Shown: positions 1 through 13,800 of the stretch, piece by piece
Position numbering within the stretch: position 1 is the stretch's first letter
How the letters are laid out: each line of letters begins with the position of its first letter
NCBI GenBank assembly: GCA_048128005.1
Contig: JBEUKZ010000126.1
Coordinates: 186,001-213,065, forward strand
Direction: 5' to 3'
Source of the DNA: Veleropilina oligotropha
Lineage: Eukaryota
DNA length: 27,065 nucleotides
The notes under the pieces: model-generated
Database searches by the model: none
What the model saw: the letters and a program-made list of their open reading frames with translations, nothing else
Told to the model about the DNA's origin: nothing
Translations under genes and position numbers: made by a program

Positions 1-370
1 CATAGGTCAAGGCCGCGAGAGCAACACCGATATGTAATGGGCACTCTATAACAAAGTTGTTGTCTAATTTTGGTGATCATAGGACTTGTAGTATTTCAGA
101 AACTGAGTTAAATGCTAAACTAAACGTTGAAAATGGTGAAAAATACCGAAGTCATTTGTGCTTAAAAAGTAGGTCTAGGTCACGAGGGCAGCATTCATAT
201 GTAATGTGTACACTGTAATAAAGATACTGTCAAATATGATGAACCTAGGACGTACACTTTGTTATAAACAGAGCTAGACACAAATGTTAACAAATGTTGA
301 CGCCGCCGACGACGACGCTGACGGAAAAGCTATACCTATGTCCCACTTCTGCTCCACAGGCGGGACAATA
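1..370 (+). mobile_element. 3' part of a non-autonomous Helentron/HINE (DINE-1/pearl-like) element
   Basis: Two diverged core repeats (AGGTCAAGG...TGTAAT...CATAGGAC near 1-130; AGGTCTAGG...TGTAAT...CCTAGGAC near 170-290), a (GAC/GCC)n tract near 299-323, then a 3' stem-loop TGTCCCAC...GCGGGACA and an A-rich end. This order is typical of HINE elements. Confidence 0.55.
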
Positions 371-467
371 AACAGAATTCTTAAATTAATCTTCTAGCAA
401 TATCGTACACTTAGACTTATACGCATAAAATTTCCCGATATATATATATATACAATATAAATATTAC

Positions 468-546
468 CTGAGTCGTGACGCTGCTCTGACTGCTGACACT
501 CATCGACCGAGTCCGGGGAACGTGAAGGTTGCTGCCTGCGACATTC
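468..546 (-). CDS. FYCO1: FYCO1-like coding exon 6 (gene continues beyond the left edge)
   Basis: Flanked by ttacag and gtaata. 79 nt, phase 2 to 0. Reads (K)NVAGSNLHVPRTRSMSVSSQSSVTTQ, like the Ser-rich segment after the FYCO1 RUN domain. Confidence 0.75.
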
Positions 547-901
547 CTGTAACATTGATGATGAAATCGAGTAAGTCATAAGAAATTATTGATAAAATTT
601 AAGTACACTGTTTACCAATTAATATGCAACATGTACACAAATAAATTATCAAACTAATCATAAAAGAAATACACACACCCATACTTGTTAGAGGAAAAAT
701 AATGACAGAAAAGAGTGATGTCAGTATTATAAGAGAGTACCTATAATCAATTCATAAATCTTTGAAATTATCGCAGTTTAAAATATTATCTTCATTTCAT
801 CTGAAAATTTGCATAAATAATTATATGCGCAAGTGCGAATGCATGAAGGTCTTGGCTGGAGTGCTATCACCATATATGGTCATTGTTTATTGCATATATA
901 C

Positions 902-1048
902 TTGGCGAACGATGGCCATGCGTTGTCCAGGTCATATCCGCGGACGGCCAGATCGAACTGGATGGAGTTGACGTCGTAGAGAGAGCTGGTGATGGCAAAA
1001 CTCCGTTCATGATTCATCCAGATCGACTTCTTGGGCAGGTACCAGTCG
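902..1048 (-). CDS. FYCO1: FYCO1-like coding exon 5 (end of RUN domain)
   Basis: Flanked by ttgtag and gtatat. 147 nt. Reads (S)DWYLPKKSIWMNHERSFAITSSLYDVNSIQFDLAVRGYDLDNAWPSFA, matching FYCO1 DWY...QFDL..RG.DLD.AWP.FA. Confidence 0.9.
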
Positions 1049-1087
1049 CTACAAGGATAGTCATCGCGGTAAATTAAATTATATAGT

Positions 1088-2573
<1,486 letters not shown>

Positions 2574-2803
2574 ATATAGTATTATTTGGATTCATGTTTA
2601 AAAAGTCAAATATGGCAGTGGGTCATAAAATTAACCATTCCATCGATTTATGTTACCTAATATTCAAATAAATGCTTTGTGAAAAGTTTGACATCGAATA
2701 AAACGTTTAGATGTTCTTTATAATCATTATCAAATATATGTTACGGCCATCGAATGTTGGTAAAAATTTATTGTCTAATATTTTTATAATATTACTATAT
2801 GCA

Positions 2804-2948
2804 TTTGATTAACAACGCTGACGCTAATGATGGGGTAAGTCACCAGTGATCAAAAGTAGCCAGGAACTTCTGACAAAATTGTTTATTCAATAAGGTTCTT
2901 TGATTAACAACGCTGAACATTTTGATGGGGTAAGTCACCAGTGATCAA
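2804..2948. repeat. Local direct duplication of about 50 bp
   Basis: TTTGATTAACAACGCTGA...TGATGGGGTAAGTCACCAGTGATCAA at 2804-2853 and 2899-2948. Confidence 0.85.
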
Positions 2949-3791
2949 TGGTTGGATTAAGTAAACGGCTCGTAACTATGAATGCGGATGCAAGAAGCTG
3001 TCAAGTAGTAATCTCTAAAACAATCATCCTTTACACATTGTGTGTTAAGCCAGATGGTGAAACCAATAGTACCAATTGTTCCATTACGACAGGACTTTCT
3101 GATTCATGTTCACAAATGTATTTTATATAAAGGATTTCATTTATTGTCTTCACTTGTTTGTTTATCCCCTTGTATATATGACTTACTAGTATTGTCTGAC
3201 TACTCGACGTGTTCTGGCTAGCTAATATATGTTGCAATTATTACTAATACCTTCTACAAATTATTAGAACTAGAAAAATATTGCGACATGTTATTATTGC
3301 GATCATGGGTCACTCGCAATAATATCATGTACGCAATAATCTCATGTTTTACCTCGTGTTAAAGTAAATAGTGACAGGAAAAGTCCAATTGATGTTCAGA
3401 TTAGCAGCAGAGAATATTACAAATGAACCTTCATGGAAATAAATATACGTGTGATGTCTTCTTTTATTTAATATCAAAACAATCATAATATACATGTTTT
3501 TACCAGCCATCATAATCAGTTGCAACGTCACAGGTCACGAAGAAAAATTTAGTTAGACTTGCCCAACTTTGTGGCAATTTTAAACTCTAGTATTTTCGGG
3601 TAATTTAAATATTTTTATGCTTTAACTGGTTTAGCATATATTAAATGCTTGTATACTCATAATTCTAGTATGAATATACAATTTTGCGACATATTTGACC
3701 TTTAATGTAATCGTTTAAGAAATTTCAGGTTTACCATTAAAGGAGGAAAGCCTGGTTGCCGGGGATACCAGCTAAGAGCAAAGAAAGTTAC

Positions 3792-3898
3792 CTGGTCACT
3801 CTGCCGTTCATCGTACACTGCTGCAGCGTGTCGGCTAATCTTTGGTGCATCAGAGCGAAGCGGAGAAAAGCTCGCCCCTTCCCCAAAGACGTCTTGTA
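3792..3898 (-). CDS. FYCO1: FYCO1-like coding exon 4 (RUN domain)
   Basis: Flanked by gttcag and gtaact. 107 nt. Reads [35 protein letters not shown], the RUN-domain GKGRAFxR motif as in FYCO1. Confidence 0.93.
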
Positions 3899-4313
3899 CT
3901 GAACAGACAAATGGAAATTGTTACAATATGTTAAAATGTATGTCGCTCATTTCATAAATTATCTGGACAATGTTGCCCATGATGTTTTGGGGTTGTTTCC
4001 ATGAAATAATGGTATTACAGAACATCGCTCTCAATTCACGTGTTTGACAACTCTGCTTCGATAATGTACGTGGGTTTAAATCCCGGTTGAAGACACTTCA
4101 GAATGAACAGTCAAGGTAACCCATAACCGGCAGAGGCAGATGGGTTTCACCAGATGTTCATCAGTAAACCATCATCCCAATAAACTGATGTGTCTGCACT
4201 ATAAATATTAAAACAACAAACTGGCAAGGGGAGATTACTCATGTTGCACCTTGTGAATATTGACCAGATTTCAGGTCATCTGCTTCGTATTAATAATCGT
4301 AAAGATGGCTCAC

Positions 4314-4426
4314 CTCGCCCAGAGACTTGACGTACTTCAGGCCGTCGTTAAGCCCCTTGTTTGACATCAGGCAGTCGCAAAAGTAGTCCCAGTAATCCCT
4401 ACGCCGACCAAGGAGCGTCACTTTAT
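4314..4426 (-). CDS. FYCO1: FYCO1-like coding exon 3 (RUN domain)
   Basis: Flanked by tctcag and gtgagc. 113 nt. Reads (D)KVTLLGRRRDYWDYFCDCLMSNKGLNDGLKYVKSLGE; FYCO1 has K.TLLG..KDYWDYFC.CL. Confidence 0.93.
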
Positions 4427-5168
4427 CTGAGAGAAGTCAGCAAAATAGTTCTGATTGGATTATCGTATATAAATGACATGAATCCATAATATGACAATAA
4501 ATTCTAATAGTATGGATTTCACAATGATGTTGACTCATTAATTCTCCTGTCTATAAACGAATAGCGAACCATATTGTCATATTTGGAGAGATAAGGGATA
4601 AAACTGAAAAACGATTGTGACAGGCCACAAGAAAGTCTTCTTGCATGTCTTAAATCTTATATTAAATTTATACAATATGCGAGAGTATAATTTGGCATCT
4701 ATACAGATGGCCATAAAAAAAAGCAAAAAATGGCTTCAGAAACCTATATACAGTGTACATTCAATGAAAAATTTATCTGAAAACTTTAACAAAGAAAGTT
4801 CAAAACATTCTATGTCCAAAACACCAATTTATTTTCATTAATTATTATATTCAATATCACTACATGTACCAGAGTATCGAGTTATATGCATATAACCAAT
4901 ATCAATGCATATATATTCCAAAAATCTCTTGAGAATGCTATATTCACTCAACTTTAACAAAACTGTTGATGATGGATGGTACAGAAATAATATGCCGTCG
5001 CCTTCAGCCAAGGTATAAAATGTTCATGAAATACATGTACAACATTCATAAATAAACTAACTGTTATGGTGATGTCAAAGATTCTAAATCTTGATGAATG
5101 TAACTCTTTGATACATTACTAAATTCACCAATATAAGCAATAATATAAAATCCTCCGTCTAACCATAC

Positions 5169-5288
5169 CTTTCATTCCAGCCTGAAGTAAGTATTCGAGT
5201 TTGGCGCAGAATCTATGCAATGTCTGGTTGTCGTCTCCGATTGGAATTTGATCTTCGAAGAAATCTCTCTTCAGTTCGGCAATACATT
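5169..5288 (-). CDS. FYCO1: FYCO1-like coding exon 2
   Basis: Flanked by ctacag and gtatgg. 120 nt. Reads (E)CIAELKRDFFEDQIPIGDDNQTLHRFCAKLEYLLQAGMK; FYCO1 has PI.DD...LH.F..KLEYLLQ. Confidence 0.92.
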
Positions 5289-5683
5289 CTGTAGTAAAGA
5301 CGAACAACAAACGGTTTAAGTGGCAAATATGCACCTTGCTTTGGATTGATGGTTAAAGCACGGCCCCTTAGGGGAAACCCACCCTCAAGGGTCATTAAAT
5401 TAATGGACAACTTTTAATGTTATCCAAATAAAGTGCCCAGCCGATAATTCAAACAATTCCAGTCAGAAAGGCCAATAGCATACAACAATCATATGTGACA
5501 GAACATAAAGACATAAATAATTCCCTTGACCTTTGGCACTGTGACCTCATCTTGATTCTTCGTACATTGGCAAGAGGTGAAAGTATCCACAAATGGCACT
5601 AACAACAGATAAAAGACAGTTGTCAACTACTAGTATAGCCCTGCATAACGGACGTGACAAATATCTTCATTCTGTACACTAAC

Positions 5684-5774
5684 CATGTATGTCCTGGACG
5701 ATCTTGTTTAGCTGCGGTTCAGCGGTCACCTGCCTGGGTGCTAATGGGTTATCCATAGTTAGCTGACCCTCCAT
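5684..5774 (-). CDS. FYCO1: FYCO1-like first coding exon
   Basis: ATG at 5774 just after an acceptor (ttctag); donor gttagt. 91 nt, phase 1. Reads MEGQLTMDNPLAPRQVTAEPQLNKIVQDIH, similar to the FYCO1 N-terminal AE.QL..I..D segment. A non-coding upstream exon is implied. Confidence 0.8.
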
Positions 5775-6932
5775 GACACCCTAGAAACTGAAAAAGCATG
5801 TAGCTCATCTTTGATATCCGACTCTAGTCTTAGTTCATAAGTATTACAATTTATTGGTAATTAACCATTCAGTTGTTTCCATAAACATTCAAGTTGTCTT
5901 TTTTAGTTTGCATATTTAATTGCTGGCATAGCATGTGCCAATACGAAAAGACTTTTGATCTTCAGTCATTGATCTCGATGCAGGTGAACTTTGATCTGCT
6001 TTCTGTTGCCTTACTTACAAGAGGGCTTCAAAGGGAGTATTGTGTCTCAGAAAAACTCATAAGTATGTTGTATATTAATATATTTAAATATCTTAAGGAC
6101 TCATATAAAATGTATATAAATTTCAAATTGTAATGAATTAAAATACACATCAATTCGTATTGTAATTTTATCATGTACATGTACTAATATTTTACTACAT
6201 GTCTATAAAAGATAAACAATTTCTGCAAAATTAATACCCAATCAAAATAGTGATTATTCAAGTAAACATTTGGAAGTGCCTGAATTTACCTCCATCAACT
6301 TACATCGTTTTCAGCAATAAAGTACTTTGTTACAGTATAGTCAGGCACCGGTTGGGGCTATGCAATGTTAGAGCTCCATGATGTGTCTAATTATCTACAC
6401 TATCAGTAAAGATGAGCAGATAGAAAACACACATGTGATTTATATATATGTCAAGTCCTATGTCACTGATAACATATTCCGTCCCTATTGATAATCAGAT
6501 TATGTGAGAATTTAAAAATCTACCGTTGGATAATTACAAGCCATGGGGATTTTATCATTTATCTATTACAAAATCAGTGACAGTGGGGCCTAACTGCCTG
6601 CTGTCTCAAACTGTGGCTATATCCCAAAAGTGTGCGATACTATAATTTTGTTGCCAGTCATCGCAAAAAATTTGGAAAAAAAATTTAAGTAAAAAATATA
6701 CGGAAAACTTCAAGGACCAACACTACTGGTATTATTTTTCTCAGTAACAGTCATTTTAGCTAAGTTTGAATCCTGAATGGAAACTATTATCCTGTAACTG
6801 CAATACAATAACATTATGGATACAACGCGTCGAACTGCAGCTGAGTTGTTGTGGAAGGTAAAACTTGTGATTTTCAACAAATGATACCAATTCAAATTCC
6901 AATCGCCATATACATGTACAAAGATTAGGTAC

Positions 6933-7025
6933 CAGAGTGTCCAGCCATCCCGATTTCGGCGGGATTATCCCGATTTGGCGAAGGACATCCCGTCTCCTGC
7001 TGTCAGGATAGGAAAATCCCGATCT
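6933..7025 (+). mobile_element. Solo terminus of a hAT-like DNA transposon
   Basis: CAGAGTGTCCA start followed by several ATCCCG(AT) subterminal repeats in both orientations. No partner end found in the window. Confidence 0.4.
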
Positions 7026-7353
7026 TGATAAACAATTGCAAATTATATTTAGGTTGTGTACGTGAACGACATAAAACATGTTACCAGGATAAATAACGAT
7101 ATATTTGAATACTAATAATATATAGTGCAAGTGCTATCTAGTGACGATCATGCAACTAGATTATGCCAATAAATAGATTAGCACTTTATAATCATTGTAA
7201 CGTAATGGGACGATTTACGCAAACCAGAAATCGATCATGGTCCAGATTCACTTCGCAGACCTTTAATACCGAAAAGCGATCACAAATATCAAGTTAAAAT
7301 ATGACAATCGCATAGTGTTGGTGCAGATTTTTAGTGCTCTTTTGTAAAGAAAA

Positions 7354-7971
7354 TTCACGTACATGACTTGGGCTATAGCCTAATTAAGTCGGTTATTTTC
7401 ACGAAGCAAAATGGTGGACACCACCCGCTTCGAGTATCATTTAGCCAATTAAACATATTTTAGTTCTACATTGAGGCATACAACTACTTTAAATATAAGT
7501 CATTTTCATGAAAATATATTATTATCGTAAATTAGAGATAATAATTATTAGCTTAGAAAGAAAAAAATGTAAGCAAATCGTCGTACATTTTGCTCCAGGG
7601 AGACAACTCCGCCTTAGATGGCTATGATCCTTAGCCAGCTGCATAGGTGGCTAAGGATTTGATAGTCGACTAGCTATTTCAAGATGCAACACGCTGTCAA
7701 AATAAGGCGATATGGTAGAGTTGTCTACCTGGAGCAAAATGTACGACGATTTGCATACATTTGTTCTCTTTCTAAACTAATTAATTATTATCTCTAATTT
7801 ACCATAATAATATATTTTCTTGAAAATGACTTATATTTAAAGTAGTGGTATGCCTCGATGTAAAATTAAAATATGTTTAATTGGCTAAATGATATTCGAA
7901 GCGGGTTGTGTCCACCATTTTGTTTCGTGAAAATAACCGATTTAGGCTATAGCCTAAGTCATGTACGTGAA
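7354..7971. mobile_element. Foldback / long inverted repeat (arms about 255 bp, spacer about 110 bp)
   Basis: 7354-7609 (TTCACGTACATGACTTGGGCTATAGCC...AGACAACTC) is the imperfect reverse complement of 7718-7971. Small internal hairpin ATCCTTAGCCA/TGGCTAAGGAT. No clear TSD. Confidence 0.85.
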
Positions 7972-8743
7972 ACGTCCCCCTGATGTCTCCAAGCCAACTT
8001 TGGAATCACATCCAAACATAGCACTGTAAGGGGATCTTTGAATTCCAGCATGTAAGCTGGAATTATTCTGAAACTGGACAAATTTAATGCCAAATGACCA
8101 ATCATTTGTGTTGTTGTCACCCATCCAAACTAAAAGCATGTCATTTATGTCGCCATTCGCTCTTTCCACGGAGCCCTGGCTTTGTAGACGTCGCAGCTTA
8201 CCATGAACCATGACTAACCTGGGCCATAACACATTCAGTTCCCATATTACTTCAGCCGTGAACTCTGTTCCGTTGTCACTTTGGAGAATAGCTGGCACCC
8301 CAACAAGGAGAAACATATAATCTAGAAGGTAGTGGGTGACCTCAACTGCACGTTTGGAGGTCAGAGCCTGCAGAATGATAAACTTGGCCAGGTGATCTTG
8401 ATAAACCATGATCCATTTGAAGGAATATTGTGACAAGGATTGCATATCAATTAAATCAATTTGAGCCTGTGATGAAAACTCTTTGTGAGAATTGGCTGCA
8501 CAACCGCCCCTTTCTTTCTGGGGCACTTGCGCTTCCTCTGAAATTCCTGACAGAAAGACTTGAAGATTTCTAAAGCATCTCCTGTGATATTGGCATACTT
8601 CTTGTTGATTTCTTTGACCATTCGGTCACGCCCACCATGGCCTGTTACTATCAGTATGTGAGCACATGTCTACATCATAGGTATCCTCAATGGTGACGTA
8701 GTACACTGGATTATCTTCTGGATTGGTACTTATCTTTATCAGG
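7972..8743 (-). pseudogene. Degenerate KRBA2/SCAND3-like (Ginger-type) DDE integrase/transposase
   Basis: Catalytic motifs QIDLIDM, ILQSDNGTEF and SQGSVERAN. The upstream Zn-binding region (H...TGHGGRDRM...YANIT...C) is in a different frame, with at least two frameshifts. The C-terminus is cut at the foldback arm. Confidence 0.85.
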
Positions 8744-11087
8744 CTGCCTGACTACGGCCTCTTTCACACTGCATTCGGATTCTTTGATCTTTCACTTAAC
8801 ATGTGAGATAAGTAAAAATATTTTGATTCGTTTTCATAGTTGGTTTCGCTTCGGTTGTTGATCGAGTAATGTTTATGATGGCAAATTTCAATTTTTAATG
8901 TTCCAAAATGAAATTTGTCAATATTTTATTTGTTCAAAAAATGAATATTGAACCTTAATTACATATATGCTATTTTGTTTTTGCTATTTTCAATTTTGTG
9001 AAAATATTTTTAAAATAATATATTTGGCGGATTTGTCTGTTCGTCCAGAATGTCGCTGATGAAGATTGGATTTATTCAATTTGCGGCAGAAAAACGCCAC
9101 ATTTATGCATATTTGTAACAAATTGCGGCGGTAGGCCCCTTATCTAGAGAGATCCATGGTATAGAGCTACATACCATCAATGCCAACCATCACAGATCCA
9201 GTTGAAATGTCGTAAATCCATTATTTATGTGAAAGCACAATGAAATAGGAATTATAGAAATGGTACCTTTGAACCAATTCCATATGAAAGCCGTATGAAT
9301 AAACCCATTGTCTATGAATACGGAAACTTATTATAGTGCATACCTTTTGTATAAATAGTCTTATGTGGCGGATTCATAAAAAGTAAAATTTAATGGATTA
9401 GATAAAATATGAATTGCGAATTTACACCATTTAAATTGAGTGAATGTGAATTTACTTAATAATTACGGAGAAATTTCATAATATATAACTTATTGTCGTT
9501 GTTTCCTTGTATTCATATACAGTACTCAGTGCCTGGTGTAATATTCCAAGCCACGCAAATTTGCGATCGTTCATGTACGCAAACTCTTCGTAGCAATACT
9601 TTGAGATGGCGTCGGTTCCAATCGCATTTTCCTAAAATGTTGGCAAATGGAGCACTTGAATAATAATCGTTAGATATTACATAGTTGCAATAACTGCGGA
9701 TATTATCGCTGAAATCCATTTTAAAAATGAATGCACTTCCAAAGTAATGTTAATCGAGAAAAACGATTGTCATTGTTATTGAGAAGGTATTATACAACAG
9801 TGCTACTGTGCTCGCAATACAATTGACACAACAATTAGCGCAAGTTGTTATTTCTTTCACCTAATCCTACAGCAAACAGTTTTCAATTCAGATAGTCGCC
9901 AATTGCAGTGTGAACACAACCACCAAACGAAGCAACTGGTAGGATTTGAATCAAAACAGAATCCGGGTGCAGTGTGATTATTAATCCAGTTGCCTTTCAT
10001 CTTGTGATTAGCCGGGGACCTCTTATTAATAAGGAAGTCACACTAGGCAGATGTCAGATAATCCCCACAACGGCAAATAAGATAACCGATCTAGGAAATT
10101 ATAACTGGCCTTCCCAATAATAAAACTAATCAATTATAAAAGGCGTGGATCTACTTTAAGACAAAATTCAACTTTAGATAATTTTACTTGGCGCAACAAC
10201 AACGAAATCACTCAGCATTACATTGAAGCGGTGTCTTTTTACTAATAGTTTATTAGTAAATACAACATTCATGGTATTTCGATAAATTGATATTCATTAC
10301 ACATACTGCCTGATTTGCAGAAATAGCAAGTCAGTAAATTTGTGTAAAATTGGCCAATGAGTTTCAGTCATTACGTGAAACGACTGAAGATTTTAGTCAT
10401 TTCATGTAATGACTGGTGCTCACAGGCACTTCGGGTAATGCCTGAAATTTTTAGGTATTACGTGAAAAGACTGATTTCACAGATTGACATTATCATATAT
10501 ACAACTACTAGTATTGAAATGTGTTAGACCTACCCGATTCGATCTATACAAGGTATTGTCAGAATAATTACAAAAATACATACATCATATTATGGATAAT
10601 TACATATATCAGTATACGGATACAGCTGTTTTCAAAGTATAGTTATGTATTGACATCCAGTTGAGTATTCAAGCACTGCTGAGTTGGTGGACTTTCCTGT
10701 GGAGTGTGGTTTCAAAAATTTCAATTCATTATCATTGATTTCTTAAGTCAGCAACACATTTTAATTACCTGTAGCCAGTAGGCCTATTCGATTTTTCAAA
10801 TCATCCAAGTAAGCATAAGCTATATTAAGCCGTTAATAAATGTTGACACGCTTGTAAACATCAACGTTCATATTTTCAGCTTTAGAAAAACAGTAAAAGG
10901 GAATTCAATTTGGCGACGATCACAGTCTACATATTCAGCCGAAATTAGAAGAATATAACTTTCCAGGTGTTACTTCAACATGTTATCTATACTGTGATTA
11001 TAATGGTGGCGCTTTTGTTGACTAAAACGACGATTAAAATAAGATTCAAAACATCTGTCACCGATCGATCCGCCTTCTCAGTGTTTA

Positions 11088-12316
11088 CCGTATTGATGCG
11101 CATATAGGCGCATGCGCCTATAAGTGAGTATGCGCCTATATTCGAATAAAGGCGCATGCGCTTATATGTGAGACACTTTATAATTTTACCGACGAAAACC
11201 ATTTTTCACATATAGGCGCACCATACATCAAAATTGACTAAAACGTTATGGTGATATTGCCTTATTTTATTATATAGTGTTAAATAGTCGTTAATTAACC
11301 CGCCAATAAACATTTACCAACCATAACTATAAATATATGGTTATATTAACATAAATAAAACAATTATATATCTATATGAATATCGTGAAGCACCTGTGAG
11401 TCTATAATTTCCATTATTCACATATAGGCGCACCTTACATCAAAATGGATCACACATTAGTTTAAGCACAGTCCCCGGACGCTAGGCCCAAAATTACCCG
11501 TTCTACACAATGCCCCATATACTGATCTATATATTATATACATCAGTATATGGGGCATTGTGTAGAACGGGTAATTTTGGGCCTAGCGTCCGGGGACTGT
11601 GGTTTAAGCTATCTGTTGCTGTGTTGCATAGCGCCGTAAGGGGTGTACATGAATACGCCTATTAACTCGCAAATGCAGTTGACGGCCGACCAAAAGTCGA
11701 GGTACCGTCATGCTGTGAGCGTGGTGGATTTAAATGGCGGGATGGTCGGTCATGTAGCAGCTAGCAGAGCACTCAAAACTAGTTTTGAGGTGGCAGCAAG
11801 AGAGTGATAATAAAGTAAATTCAATTGATGTTATTGATTGATTGATAGAAATAACTTGATTCTAAAAATTAAATATATGTAAATAATTAGAAACTTCAAT
11901 ATATAATGACAGGGGCGAATCCAGGAATTTTGAGATGGGTGGAATCAGAAGTTTTATGACCTGTTTTAACATGTTTTCAGTTGTATCTGCCCAGTGAGTA
12001 TCAAGCCGGGTTTCCATATGCACGACGTCCGACATACGACGTCCGAAATTCTATAAAATGTGTTTCCATGTACACGACTGCGACATGCGTCAAAACCAAT
12101 AATTCTTTTAATATTAAAACAGACCTACGTGTGATTATTTTGGATCGTTTTTATATTCGAATATAGGCGCATGCGCCTATATGTGAATATTGGGGAGCGC
12201 CTATATTCGAACATAGGCGCATGCGCCTATATGTGAGAATTTTTTTTTTTTCAACGATCAAGAAAAATGCATTAATTCGCTTATTGGCGCATGCGCCTAT
12301 ATGCGCATCAATACGG
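11088..12316. mobile_element. Non-autonomous Tc1/mariner-pogo (Tc2-like) element, 1229 bp
   Basis: 31-bp perfect TIR CCGTATTGATGCGCATATAGGCGCATGCGCC. TA on both flanks (11086-87, 12317-18). Repeated subterminal palindrome TAGGCGCATGCGCCTA. Confidence 0.88.
11467..11601. mobile_element. 135-bp palindromic MITE nested in the Tc2-like element
   Basis: 60-bp perfect inverted arms (11467-11526, 11542-11601) with CACAG...CTGTG ends and a 15-nt AT spacer. 7-bp direct repeat GTTTAAG at 11460-66 and 11602-08. Confidence 0.92.
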
Positions 12317-12575
12317 TACGTCGAATTGTATTATTGATTTCACACTCGGAAGAGCGATTGGTATCACGAGTTGTCTCCCCTGTATCATTTCTTGAAAATT
12401 TTGTATAAAAGCAAGGATCAATACTAGTATATGGTTATTGATGAATATGTTATATATTCTAGAGAATAAAGCTCAGGACTTGACTCAAACAGATGTTTTC
12501 AAATCTCCATGACTCATGATGAGAAAAAAATCTGGCAAACACTTCTATTTATGGAACGCTATAACTGTCGTATAT

Positions 12576-13800
12576 GGTGTTCGGTCAAAATGGCCCCGAT
12601 CAAAAAGGCCCCGATCAAAATGGCCCCGGTCAAAATGGCCTTGGTCAAAATGGCCCTAAGAGCAAACTAGGTCAAAATGGCCCCCAGATATAAAATGATA
12701 TAGACGCAATGTTTAAGTTTGTTACATATATATTATTCAACAACGATGTTATCTCAGGCGACCATTGAAAATCTTCCCAAAAAGAGAACGAAATGTGTAC
12801 ATGCACCTGCAACAGCAACATTGATTAAAAATTGTGCACTGAATACAGTGAAGGCCGATCGGAACTAGCTGATTTTTTGCGTAGTGTTGGCCATAATATA
12901 CATATCGGACATTAATATTTAACTTTACTGTTTAGAGTTATATATAGTAACTTTGAGCAGAATGATGTTCATTTCTTTAGTCAGATTTTTAGTTTATAGT
13001 TGTATATATACTTTGAGAATTTATCACGTCTTTGTTCATTTTCCCATAGTGCAAGACCGTGTACTATTCGTCGTAATACACGTGTGTTTTTTACTGCTTG
13101 AAATGTGATTGGCTGAACTACAAAACAGACAATTAAAACGCAGATGATGAAACGTCATCCGAAAATTGCCTTATATAATAATTATTATAGAAATGATTCT
13201 GAGCAAACTCAATCCAAAACGTAACCGACGATATAGTGTCGCACATAGATGTTTGGACTACCGTTGTACATTTTAAGCACAAATGGTATTCATTATTATA
13301 TTCACATATTTGCTTGTTTATCTTTAATAATTGCACTTGTACAAGCACGTAAACGTTGTATTTCGTAGCAAATTTCACTATTTTTTGTAATGTCAACGTC
13401 GCTATATATAGCCAACTTTCTAATAGAGAAGTTGCGAATTTTTTTAAATTAATTTTTTCCAAAAACATAATTGTGATAAATAGAACATCACGTTCGCGGT
13501 AGAGAAATATCAAATAAATTTATGAAACTCGTTTAACTAATATTCATATTTTCCTCGGCAAAGCCTCGGAAAATATGAAAATGAGTTAAACACGTTTCAT
13601 AAATGTGATATTACACTACCACTCATGTAATATCCTCTATCTATTAAAACATTATTATCACTGTTATTGTTATATTTTTGAAAAATATACTCATTATTTA
13701 TTCATTCAAATCCAGGACACAAGTCTTATTATATCATGTTATTTAATCTTTGGGGTCATTTTTTACCTAGTTTGCTCTTGGGGTCATTTTGACCTACATT
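12576..13800 (+). mobile_element. Deleted Mutator/MULE-like DNA transposon
   Basis: Tandem G(G/A)TCAAAATGGCCCC units plus AAGAGCAAACTAGGT at 12583-12685, inverted at 13751-13794. Internal remnant 12832-12915 reads LCTEYSEGRSELADFLRSVGHNIHIGH*, resembling MULE transposase C-termini. Exact ends and TSD unresolved. Confidence 0.6.
13518..13604. repeat. Imperfect long hairpin, probably part of another nested non-autonomous element
   Basis: ATTTATGAAAC.CGTTTAACT...TTCATATTTTCC-TCGGCAAAGCCTC-GGAAAATATGAA...AGTTAAAC.CGTTTCATAAAT. Confidence 0.7.

Noticed and set aside
394..579. 61-aa ORF on the minus strand
   Set aside because: It overlaps FYCO1 exon 6 in the wrong frame; splice phase requires the KNVAGSNL frame.
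883..1077. Plus-strand ORFs over 762-1077
   Set aside because: They are antisense shadows of FYCO1 exon 5.
6296..6310. Possible donor (GAT/gtaagt, minus strand) of a FYCO1 5' UTR exon
   Set aside because: Consensus match only; the exon cannot be defined without transcripts.
7954..8526. Functional domesticated KRBA2-like gene, or part of the virus
   Set aside because: It is frameshifted and truncated, belongs to a different integrase family, and lies more than 6 kb outside the viral block.
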